From Dehalococcoidia bacterium (GTDB taxonomy: Bacteria > Chloroflexota > Dehalococcoidia > Lucifugimonadales > G963668185), in NCBI GenBank assembly GCA_963668185.1, contig OY764162.1:530800-594799 (forward strand): DNA of 64,000 nucleotides, written 5' to 3'. The notes beneath the pieces were generated by a model, which had not been told where the DNA came from, did not search any database, and worked only from the letters and a program-made list of their open reading frames with translations. The position numbers and the translations under genes are program-made. The stretch's first letter is position 1; every line of letters begins with the position of its first letter. Below are positions 36,729-44,908 of the stretch, piece by piece.

Positions 36729-38420
36729 ATGCGCTACACGCGACACATCCTGTTGGCGTTCCTCGGGCCGGCTATCGCGTCCTGCGCGCTGCTGATCGTT
36801 GTCGCCGCATGCGGCACGAATGGCGACGGCGCGGCGGTCCGGGACTCGGTTGTCACTCCTCCAACAACCGGAGGACAGACGGTGACGGAGGTGGCGCCGG
36901 TAGCGCCGGTAGTTCTCTTTCACGGTGATACCGTGGTCGAGCAGAAGATCCTGGACAGCGACGTGATCGTCAGGGCGACGATGGCCTCTTCCACTTCGGA
37001 GGTCTTCCACAATACCGTCGATTACAGGGCGAAGCTGAAGTTCAGGCTCAACGTCAGCGAGTACCTGAAGGGCAGCGGCCCGACCAGCATCGTAGCAGTG
37101 TGGGTTGACGGGACCGGGTACGATACTCGTGCGAAGGCCGAGGCCAGAAAGGCGCGCATTCTCGCCTCGCGCGACACCCAATGGGACAACCGGGAGGCGG
37201 TCTTCTTTCTGCGGAATGGAGCGGCTGACTGGGAAGCGTCCGAGTATGCCCTGGGGCTGGGGCATGAGTTTAAGCTGGGGCATGAGTATGGCGACGATCT
37301 CTACAGCCTGCACAGCGAGAGGAACAGGAGGTGGCTGCCCGCCGCGGCGAGCGCGGCGGGCGCATCGAGCGTTGACGCCCGGGAGTACCTGCTCGACGTG
37401 CCGCATACGGGAGGGGCCGTCGGGGCGAGCTCCGGTACAACCGCGCCTACCATCAGCCTTGGCAACTTGAAGAAGCGTATCAAAGAAGTCACGGCGGAGT
37501 ACAACGGCGGAGACGGGTCGGAGGCCTACAAGGAGTGCGTCAAAGGAAAATATGCATTCGAGCGCATGGTCCGCCACTCTCAGCTGGAGGGTGACGACTA
37601 CCTCAGCAACGACTATTACCATCACTTGAAACACGCGCTTGCGTCCGGTCAGCCCGCCAACTCCGTGCTGCATCAGAGGGAGAACCACGGCATCTATCCT
37701 GATCAAAAGGCGAGGACGTGGCTGGAGGGCGGGGACGCCGCGCTGTTCAGCGTCGTGCAGGGGACATCGACTCCTGTTGACTATGACGAAGACGGAGTGC
37801 TCACTGCCGGGGCGGATGGAATCTATTTCACCGAGACATTCAGGACGGTTCGTCCGCTGCCTGCGGGCGTGTACAGGTCAAATCGCAAGGAAGTGTGGGC
37901 CCCTTACTTTGCATGTAACTACGCCATGAGCCTCAAATGGACGGTCACCGTGACGGCTCCAGCGGGCACGGTGCACGAGGCGTTCTTCGACCCGGCGTCC
38001 ACGTTCCTGGGCGTCGGCGCGAGCGGCGGCGCGGGCGTGATCTCCCCGGCGTCCTTCAACGTCGGCGGCGTGACCACCACGATCACGCGGATAGTAGTGT
38101 CGTTCGGCAGCATGGTCACCATGCAGATATCGCCGTCGGTCTCGCTGTCCGGCAAGCACATGGAGTTCATCAAGGTGGACGGCACCGTGGCGGCAAGGCT
38201 GTCGTTCGATAAAGGGGACCTCAAGGGCGGCATCGGCATCGGCGGGGCCGGCACCGACACGGGCACCAGCACGGCGGAGGCGGCAGTGTCGGCGGCGGCG
38301 CACGCGGAGATAGCGGCGGCTCTCGCCGAAGCGCAGGCCACGGGAAGCAAGATGTACTTCTGGTTCGTGTCCAGTTCGCCGTGGAAGGCGGGGGACAAGC
38401 TGATGCTGCGCATACGGTAG
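36729..38420 (+). CDS. Uncharacterised lipoprotein, paralog 1
   Basis: RBS GGAGGC. Signal peptide plus lipobox (LLIVVAACGT). The 563-aa protein is homologous to the next gene along its whole length, and the last ~160 aa are nearly identical. Confidence 0.7.
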   Translation: MRYTRHILLAFLGPAIASCALLIVVAACGTNGDGAAVRDSVVTPPTTGGQTVTEVAPVAPVVLFHGDTVVEQKILDSDVIVRATMASSTSEVFHNTVDYRAKLKFRLNVSEYLKGSGPTSIVAVWVDGTGYDTRAKAEARKARILASRDTQWDNREAVFFLRNGAADWEASEYALGLGHEFKLGHEYGDDLYSLHSERNRRWLPAAASAAGASSVDAREYLLDVPHTGGAVGASSGTTAPTISLGNLKKRIKEVTAEYNGGDGSEAYKECVKGKYAFERMVRHSQLEGDDYLSNDYYHHLKHALASGQPANSVLHQRENHGIYPDQKARTWLEGGDAALFSVVQGTSTPVDYDEDGVLTAGADGIYFTETFRTVRPLPAGVYRSNRKEVWAPYFACNYAMSLKWTVTVTAPAGTVHEAFFDPASTFLGVGASGGAGVISPASFNVGGVTTTITRIVVSFGSMVTMQISPSVSLSGKHMEFIKVDGTVAARLSFDKGDLKGGIGIGGAGTDTGTSTAEAAVSAAAHAEIAAALAEAQATGSKMYFWFVSSSPWKAGDKLMLRIR

Positions 38421-38647
38421 GCGCGCCCGCACTGCCATGCCGCGCGCCCCTCAAGCTGTCATTCCGAGTCCCCCGAGGAATCTTGGACTTCCCGCATGTC
38501 GCCAACCCTAATCCCCGGCAAGCCGCGCATTCGGCCAAGGCAGGACGCTTTGGGCAACGGTGCGTCTTGGATTCCCTTCAAGGGACTCAGGGCAGGCTCT
38601 CTCTCGCTTCGCTCGATCGGAATGACAGGGGACGCGAGACAACAGCA

Positions 38648-40390
38648 ATGAAACGTCGCGGTTACATCGCGGGATTACTGCATGCCAGTCTGCTGTTGGT
38701 CGCGTGCTGCGCGCTGTTAGTGGCCGCCGCCTCATGCGGCACAGCCGTTGATGTCCCTATAGTCCCCACACCCACGACTGAGGTCGGACACAGTGCAGCT
38801 TCAGACAACACGCCGACTCCCACGGCTACGGCTGAGGTTGGGGACGACGGTGCAGTTGCCAGCGATGCGATTGTTCCTACGCCAACTCCCGAGGTTCAAG
38901 TCCAGGCTCATAGGCCGGCCTCGTTCGTAGTCTTTGACGTACCTGCCTCACTCGAGGAACAGATTTACTATTCGGACGTGATCGTGCGCGCAACGCTGAA
39001 GTCCGCGACTTCAACGACGGAGACGGTCGACAGCGGCGCTTCAGCAACGTATCGGCCGGTACACGAGCTCAGGTTCATCATCCACGAGTATCTGAAGGGC
39101 AGCGGGCCGTCTGAGGCGGTGGTAGTTGCTGCGCGTGGAGATGAGTACGCGACAGTCGCAGAAGCGCACAAGAAGGCAGATTGGGCCATGACCCATCGAA
39201 ACACCACATGGGACAGCCGCCAGGGAGTGCTATTCATGGTGAAGCTTCCCAGTTCCTATAACCCTGCCAGCGCAGCGAGTGCGGCGACTACGACAGCGTT
39301 CGGACTACTCAGAGGCTCTATGGGCGAATCCTTACCGTGGTGGGGTCATACTGTCGATACACTCAGCCGTGGGTGGTTGCCAGCGGGGGATGCTACGGGA
39401 GGCGTAAGCTCGGACGGCGGCGCGTCTGGCGCGGCCAGCGTGTCGTTCATAGAGGACGGGTCAAAGTCGCCTTACCCCACGGTCACTCTGGGTCAACTTC
39501 GTACCAAGATATCGGAGATGGTAGCTACTCTGAAGGCAGGAGAGGGGATCGATGGGTACGACGAGTGCATCCGCCGCAAGATTTATCGTGAGCGGCTGAA
39601 TCGCGCAAGACCATGGACACCGCTCCAAGATACGGTGTCCATGCCCTCAGGTTCAGCGACAGGAACGGAGGTCTTCAGGGATCGGAAAAGCGCTGGGGAG
39701 CCGAAGTACATTCGATACTATGTGACCGGCCCGGACAAGGACTACTTCCAATCACCTAACATTGATGATGACTCAGATCCGTCTAACGGGTACTTCCGCA
39801 CACTTTCCAACACTCGTCCCCTGCCTGCCGGTTCGTACGCCATCAAAAGACACCAGTGGCATTACAGTTACTTTCCTTGCAACTACAAGGCTGGTGACTC
39901 CAACTACGATGAATGGACGGTGACTGTCACCGCCCCGCCCGGCACGGTGCACGAGGCGTTCTTCGACCCGGCGTCCACGTTCCTGGGCGTCGGCGCGAGC
40001 GGCGGCGCGGGCGTGATCTCCCCGGCGTCGTTCAACGTCGGCGGCGCGACCACCACGATCACGCGGATAATAGTGTCGTTCGGCAGCATGGTCTCCATGC
40101 AGATATCGCCGTCCGTGTCGCTGTCCGGCAAGCACGTCGAGTTCATCAAGGTGGACGGCACAGTGGCGGCAAGGCTGTCGTTCGACGCGGGGGACCTCAA
40201 GGGCGGCATCGGCATCGGCGGGGCCGGCTCCGACACCGGTACCAGCACGGCGGCGGTGTCGGAGGAGGCGCAAGCTGAGATAGCGGCGGCGATGTCAGAG
40301 GCGCAGGCCACGGGAAGCAAGATGTACTTCTGGTTCGTGTCCAGCGCCCCGTGGCAGGCCGGGGATAAGCTGATGCTGCGGATACGGTAG
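38648..40390 (+). CDS. Uncharacterised lipoprotein, paralog 2
   Basis: I chose ATG 38648 (MKRRGYIAGLLHASLLLVACCALLVAAASCGT, lipobox) over the track start 38381. It shares islands SDVIVRAT, EYLKGSGP and RPLPAG with paralog 1 and has a near-identical C-terminal module. Confidence 0.7.
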   Translation: MKRRGYIAGLLHASLLLVACCALLVAAASCGTAVDVPIVPTPTTEVGHSAASDNTPTPTATAEVGDDGAVASDAIVPTPTPEVQVQAHRPASFVVFDVPASLEEQIYYSDVIVRATLKSATSTTETVDSGASATYRPVHELRFIIHEYLKGSGPSEAVVVAARGDEYATVAEAHKKADWAMTHRNTTWDSRQGVLFMVKLPSSYNPASAASAATTTAFGLLRGSMGESLPWWGHTVDTLSRGWLPAGDATGGVSSDGGASGAASVSFIEDGSKSPYPTVTLGQLRTKISEMVATLKAGEGIDGYDECIRRKIYRERLNRARPWTPLQDTVSMPSGSATGTEVFRDRKSAGEPKYIRYYVTGPDKDYFQSPNIDDDSDPSNGYFRTLSNTRPLPAGSYAIKRHQWHYSYFPCNYKAGDSNYDEWTVTVTAPPGTVHEAFFDPASTFLGVGASGGAGVISPASFNVGGATTTITRIIVSFGSMVSMQISPSVSLSGKHVEFIKVDGTVAARLSFDAGDLKGGIGIGGAGSDTGTSTAAVSEEAQAEIAAAMSEAQATGSKMYFWFVSSAPWQAGDKLMLRIR

Positions 40391-40412
40391 GCCCCACCCG
40401 GGCCACCCCTTG

Positions 40413-40432
40413 ATTCCGGCCTTCGCCGGAAT
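40413..40432 (+). terminator. Hairpin ATTCCGGC-CTTC-GCCGGAAT downstream of lipoprotein paralog 2
   Basis: An 8-bp perfect stem with a 4-nt loop lies 23 nt after the stop codon. There is no U-tract, so the terminator role is tentative. Confidence 0.3.
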
Positions 40433-40470
40433 GACGATGGGGATAGGAGATTGCGGGAAGAGGTTGGAGC

Positions 40471-40494
40471 AAGCTGATGCTGCGGATACGGTAG
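40471..40494 (+). repeat. Orphan 24-nt copy of the lipoprotein gene 3' end (AAGCTGATGCTGCGGATACGGTAG)
   Basis: It is identical to 40367-40390, the last 7 codons plus stop of paralog 2, and lies 80 nt downstream of that stop. Confidence 0.85.
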
Positions 40495-40516
40495 GGGTTT
40501 GCGGACGGTTCCCGCC

Positions 40517-40545
40517 TTGACACTGCCTGCCTTCGGTGCTAATTT
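40517..40545 (+). promoter_or_regulatory. Putative sigma70-type promoter of Rieske oxygenase paralog 2
   Basis: TTGACA (40517-40522), a 17-nt spacer, then TAATTT (40540-40545), about 60 nt upstream of ATG 40605. Confidence 0.45.
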
Positions 40546-40604
40546 CGCCGCAATACAGCTTGGCGGCGGGGCTTTCCTGCCCGGAAGCGCTTCAGGAGGG
40601 CGAA

Positions 40605-41810
40605 ATGCAGGCACAGGTCAGGCGAAGGCGAAGGCTTCAGAACATCGAGCAGGGCATCCCGGCGCATTACATGTACAACCCGGAGCACTACAAGCGGGAA
40701 CTGGACGTGTTCTGGTACGGCATGTGGGTGAACGTGGGCCGCGAGGAGGAGATCCCCAACCCGCGCGACTACTTCGTGAAGCCCATCGGCGAGCAGAACC
40801 TGGTCGTCACGCGGGACCTCAAGGGCAGCGTGCGGGCGTTCCACAACACCTGCCGGCACCGCGGATCGATACTCTGCACGGAGGACAAGGGCCGCTTCGA
40901 GGGCGGCAGCATCGTCTGCCCGTACCACGCGTGGACGTACTCGCTGGAAGGCGACCTCATAGCCACGCCGCACCAGTTGGAGTCGTCCGACTTCAGCATG
41001 AAGGACTACTCGCTGTACGACGTCGCCGTCGGCACGTGGGGCGGCTACATCTTCGTAAACATGGCCGGGAAGGACGCGGAGCCGCTGGAGCAGGCTCTCG
41101 GCAACATCCCGAGCAGGTTCGCCAACTACCGCATGGACGACCTGCGCATCGGCAAGCGCATCGTGCTGGACATCGAGGCGAACTGGAAGCTGCTGTTCGA
41201 GAACTTCGCGGAGTGCTTCCACTGCCCGACGGTGCACCCGGAGCTGTGCACGATCGTGGAGGCGTACTGGGAGGGCGGGGCGTTCCAGTGGAGGACGGAC
41301 GAAAACGGCATCCCCATCAGGGAGATCAGGCCGACGTACAAGGACGGCGCGGTGACCCTGACGATGGACGGCTCGTCGATGATCCCTCCGTTCAAGCACC
41401 TGGAGGATGAGGAGAAGGCGCGCCTGTACACGACGGGCGTCGTCCGGCCCAACTTCTTCATGAACGTGCACCCGGACTACGTCAACACCCACCAGATGCT
41501 GCCCACAGGCCCGGAGAGCGTGCGCATGATCTACGACTGGCTGTTCGAGCCGGAGGCCATGGAGCAGGAGGACTTCGACCTCGACTTCATGGTCGAACTC
41601 TGGGACCTGACGAACCGCCAGGACGCACGCAACTGCGAGTGGCAGCAGGCGGGCCTGCATTCCCGGCACTTCGAAAAGGGCAACTTCGTGCCACAGGAGG
41701 GCGGCCCGTACAACTTCAACCAGTGGGTGCTGCACTGCCTCGGCGAGCTCGAAGGCGAGTTGGAGTACGACTTCAGCAGCGGCATGGGCATGGCAATGGA
41801 CGCAGACTAG
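40605..41810 (+). CDS. Rieske [2Fe-2S] non-heme-iron oxygenase, alpha subunit (paralog 2)
   Basis: ATG 40605 follows AGGAGGG. CRHRGSILC...CPYHAWTY and ANWKLLFENFAECFHCPTVH are present. By eye it is about 60% identical to the 30784..31953 product. Confidence 0.8.
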   Translation: MQAQVRRRRRLQNIEQGIPAHYMYNPEHYKRELDVFWYGMWVNVGREEEIPNPRDYFVKPIGEQNLVVTRDLKGSVRAFHNTCRHRGSILCTEDKGRFEGGSIVCPYHAWTYSLEGDLIATPHQLESSDFSMKDYSLYDVAVGTWGGYIFVNMAGKDAEPLEQALGNIPSRFANYRMDDLRIGKRIVLDIEANWKLLFENFAECFHCPTVHPELCTIVEAYWEGGAFQWRTDENGIPIREIRPTYKDGAVTLTMDGSSMIPPFKHLEDEEKARLYTTGVVRPNFFMNVHPDYVNTHQMLPTGPESVRMIYDWLFEPEAMEQEDFDLDFMVELWDLTNRQDARNCEWQQAGLHSRHFEKGNFVPQEGGPYNFNQWVLHCLGELEGELEYDFSSGMGMAMDAD

Positions 41811-41834
41811 CGGATAGCCGCCGGGCGGTGTAAT

Positions 41835-41925
41835 CCGTTCGCCCTGGCCCCTTCCCCAGTCTGCTGGGGAAGGTTGGGATGGGGCTCTCCGGCGTGATCC
41901 GTTCGCCCCGAGCCTGTCGAAGGGC
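41835..41925 (+). repeat. Composite intergenic repeat: truncated 27-mer, 10-bp-stem hairpin, 27-mer
   Basis: CCGTTCGCCCTG (41835-41846); hairpin CCTTCCCCAG-TCTG-CTGGGGAAGG (41850-41873); CCGTTCGCCCCGAGCCTGTCGAAGGGC (41899-41925). The same architecture occurs at 63738-63847. Confidence 0.7.
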
Positions 41926-41980
41926 CACAGCAGCCGGGCGCGCCTCTGCTGATATACTTCCGCACGAGGCGCACCTTCGC

Positions 41981-43345
41981 ATGATCTATACATTCGGCCC
42001 GTCAGTCCGGCTACGCATATGGGTTGCGCTCATCGTCCTCGCCGGGCTGTGGCTCGGCTTCCTCGCCTTCGGCCCCTCCACGTCGGCGCAGGGAGCGTTC
42101 GTGTCCCTGGCCGACATGAGCAGCCCGATAGACTCGGTCTCGGCCGGCTACCTGTCGCGCGCAATCGAGAGGGCGGACGATGACGGCGCGGAGGCGCTGA
42201 TAGTCCGCGTGGACACTCCCGGCGGAGAGTTCGGCGCGATGATGGAGATGGTCGAGGCGATCTCCGAGTCGCACGTGCCCGTCGTGTCCTACGTCTCGCC
42301 GCAGGGCGCAGTCGCGGCCTCGGCCGGCACGTTCATCGTCGCGGCGGCGCACGTCGCGGTGATGGCCCCCGGCACGTCGATAGGCGCGGCCAGCCCAATC
42401 GACGCCACCGGCGAAGACCTGCCCGACACCGCCGAACGCAAGGCGACGGAGCTTGCGGCGGCAAGCCTCCGCAGCATCGCCGAGGACCGTGGCAGAAACG
42501 TCGATGCGCTGGAGGACACCGTCCTCAACGCCAGGTCGTACTCCGCCTCCGAAGCGCGCGACATGAACGTGATCGACCTGATCGCGGAGGACGTGGGAGA
42601 GCTTCTCGAACTGCTGGAGGGACGCTCGGTCGAGACGACCGCGGGAGTCGCGACGCTTCGGACCGAAGGCCTGGGCGTGATCGAGATCGAGCGCACGCTT
42701 CTGGAGAGGTTCCTGGGCCTCATCGCCGATCCGAACATCGTTTTCATACTGTTCGCCATCGGCGGCATCGGGCTGGTGGCGGAGCTGTTCAACCCCGGCA
42801 CGATCGTTCCCGGCACCGTGGGCGTGATATGCCTCGTGCTCACGTTCGTCGCGATCGGGAGCCTTCCGGTGAACTGGCTGGGCGTCGGCCTGCTGGTGGC
42901 GGCGATGATCCTCTTCTACGGAGAGCTCCAGGTGTCCGGGCTGGGAATCCTCAGCGTCCTGGGGGCGATCGCGTTCGTGGCGGGCGGCATCCTGCTGTTC
43001 GGGGACCCGACGACGCCGGACCTGGCCGGTTACGAGGTCCGCGTCAGCCCGTGGGTGCTCGGCATCGTCAGCGCGCTTGTGCTGGCCAACGTGGCCCTCC
43101 TGATCAAGTTCGCGGTGAGCGCCAGGAAAGCCCCGAAGTACTCGTCCCCCCACCAGCACGTCATCGGAGCGATGGGCGTTGCCGCGACCGACCTCACGCC
43201 CCAGGGCACGGTGCAGGTGGCGGGGGAGCCGTGGAGCGCGGTATCGGCGTCCGGCGAGCCGATCAGGGCAGGGGAGCAGGTGATCGTGCTGGACGTCGAA
43301 GGACTGACCGTAAGAGTGGAGCGGGCGCCGGAGGAGCTGGCGTGA
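41981..43345 (+). CDS. NfeD-family membrane-bound serine protease (ClpP class)
   Basis: I chose ATG 41981 (a signal/TM N-terminus). A ClpP-like domain (ALIVRVDTPGG) is followed by several TM segments and a C-terminal NfeD OB-like domain (GTVQVAGEPWSAVS). It is paired with a downstream SPFH gene. Confidence 0.8.
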   Translation: MIYTFGPSVRLRIWVALIVLAGLWLGFLAFGPSTSAQGAFVSLADMSSPIDSVSAGYLSRAIERADDDGAEALIVRVDTPGGEFGAMMEMVEAISESHVPVVSYVSPQGAVAASAGTFIVAAAHVAVMAPGTSIGAASPIDATGEDLPDTAERKATELAAASLRSIAEDRGRNVDALEDTVLNARSYSASEARDMNVIDLIAEDVGELLELLEGRSVETTAGVATLRTEGLGVIEIERTLLERFLGLIADPNIVFILFAIGGIGLVAELFNPGTIVPGTVGVICLVLTFVAIGSLPVNWLGVGLLVAAMILFYGELQVSGLGILSVLGAIAFVAGGILLFGDPTTPDLAGYEVRVSPWVLGIVSALVLANVALLIKFAVSARKAPKYSSPHQHVIGAMGVAATDLTPQGTVQVAGEPWSAVSASGEPIRAGEQVIVLDVEGLTVRVERAPEELA

Positions 43346-43471
43346 CGGATCGAGTAGCGAGCCGTTCTCTAAACTCAACCTCGCCGGGCGCATTTCGTGT
43401 AAGGTTGTGGGAAAGCAGCACAAGGGAAGCCGTGCTCGCCTCCCCTGACGAAGCCAAAAGGAGTTAGCCGA

Positions 43472-44332
43472 ATGATCCCTTATTTCCGCATCGTTTCCCA
43501 GTACGAGCGGCTGGCCGTGTTCTGGCTGGGCCGGTACCACGGCATGAAGCAGCCCGGCCTGCAGGTGCTGCTCTGGCCGTTTCACTCCACGAACACGATC
43601 GACCTTCGCGAGGATGTAATCGACATACCCCGCCAGACCAACATCACGAGGGACAACGCTCCGATCGACATCGATTTCCTCGTGTACCTCCGGGTTATGG
43701 AGGGGGATGCCCAGAAGTCCGTGCTGGAGGTGGTGAACTACCGCTCAGCCGTGGTCGGAATCGCGACGACCACGCTGCGCGCGGTAATCGGCGACCTGAG
43801 CCTGGACGACGTGCTCTCCCAGCGAGAGCGCATCAACGAGGCGCTGCGGCTGAAGCTGGACGAGGTCACGGAGCGCTGGGGCATCAAGGTGACGCAGGTG
43901 GAGATCCGCGAGATCGAGCCGCCGCGGGACATCCAGGAGGCCATGAACCGGCAGATGTCCGCGGAGCGCGTCCGGCGCGCCGCCGTCACCGAGGCGGAGG
44001 GTACGCGCCAGGCGGCAATCACGGTCGCCGAGGGTCAGAAGCAGTCGGAGATCCTGAGGGCCGAGGGCGAGCGCCAGTCGGAGATTCTGAAGGCGGAAGG
44101 CGACCAGCAGGCGGCGATACTGCGCGCCGACGGCTTCAGCAACGCGCTGGACAAGATCTACGGCGTGGCGCAGAACATCGACGCAAACACGCTGAGCCTC
44201 CAGTACTTCGACACGCTCAAGGAACTGGGATCGAGCCAGTCCACGAAGTTCATCTTCCCGATGGAGTTCACGAACCTGTTGCAGCCCTTCTTGAGCAAGA
44301 TGGGCTCGAACGGCGGGGAAGGCGATTCGTAG
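43472..44332 (+). CDS. SPFH/Band 7 (stomatin-like) protein
   Basis: IVSQYERLAVFWLGRY, VEIREIEPP, and the Ala/Glu-rich coiled-coil repeats typical of slipins. RBS AAAGGAG. Confidence 0.85.
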   Translation: MIPYFRIVSQYERLAVFWLGRYHGMKQPGLQVLLWPFHSTNTIDLREDVIDIPRQTNITRDNAPIDIDFLVYLRVMEGDAQKSVLEVVNYRSAVVGIATTTLRAVIGDLSLDDVLSQRERINEALRLKLDEVTERWGIKVTQVEIREIEPPRDIQEAMNRQMSAERVRRAAVTEAEGTRQAAITVAEGQKQSEILRAEGERQSEILKAEGDQQAAILRADGFSNALDKIYGVAQNIDANTLSLQYFDTLKELGSSQSTKFIFPMEFTNLLQPFLSKMGSNGGEGDS

Positions 44333-44387
44333 CCAGGCAGTGCAGGGTAGCGACGATAGACTGCCCTTGTGATTCCGAGGTGACTGA

Positions 44388-44654
44388 ATGAAGAGTGCGC
44401 CAAAGACAACTGAGCTTAAGTTGACCGCCGTCCTGTACGAGCCGTCGGAATCCACCGAACCGGACAAGTACATGGCCGAGGTTCCGGCGCTCCCGGGCTG
44501 CCGCGCGTGGGGAGACACGCCGGAAGAGACGCTCGCCATACTTCAGGATGTCGCGCAGGCGTTCGTGGATTCCTACGTGGAGTGTGGGGACAAGCTTCCA
44601 GAATCGGATTCCGAGAACTCTGTCGACTCCAAAGAGCTTGTGGTTGCTGTGTGA
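44388..44654 (+). CDS. hicB: HicB-like antitoxin (N-terminal domain only)
   Basis: YMAEVPALPGCRAWGDTPEETLAILQDV is the HicB/UPF0150 core. The gene overlaps hicA by 4 nt (GTGA). Confidence 0.7.
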   Translation: MKSAPKTTELKLTAVLYEPSESTEPDKYMAEVPALPGCRAWGDTPEETLAILQDVAQAFVDSYVECGDKLPESDSENSVDSKELVVAV

Positions 44655-44860
44655 CCTATAGAGAGCTAACTCGTAGGCTGCGCCGTTGTGGTTGCAGACT
44701 TCTTCGGAGAGCCAGGGGCAGTCACAACATCTGGATAAATGAGGCCACAGGCAAGAGGACCACGATTCCAGACCACGGCTCCCGGGATCTACGGCCAGGG
44801 ACCATCAGCGCAATCCTGAGAGATTTGGGCGTTTCGAGAGACCAACTCATGGGAAGCTGA
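44651..44860 (+). CDS. hicA: HicA mRNA interferase toxin
   Basis: GTG 44651. The translation YRELTRRLRRCGCRLLRRARGSHNIWINEATGKRTTIPDHGSRDLRPGTISAILRDLG matches the HicA (YcfA) pattern. Confidence 0.85.
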   Translation: MTYRELTRRLRRCGCRLLRRARGSHNIWINEATGKRTTIPDHGSRDLRPGTISAILRDLGVSRDQLMGS

Positions 44861-44908
44861 CGATGCTCGGAGCGGCGCGGATTATCTCGGCCGGGGCAAC
44901 GGTTCCCG

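Noticed and set aside
37937-40390. A diversity-generating retroelement (template/variable repeat pair) as an explanation for the near-identical 3' modules of the lipoprotein genes.
   Set aside because: The differences between the two copies are not restricted to adenine positions (examples are c/g, t/c, g/a and a/t). Both copies lie inside full-length genes. No reverse transcriptase gene is present in the window.
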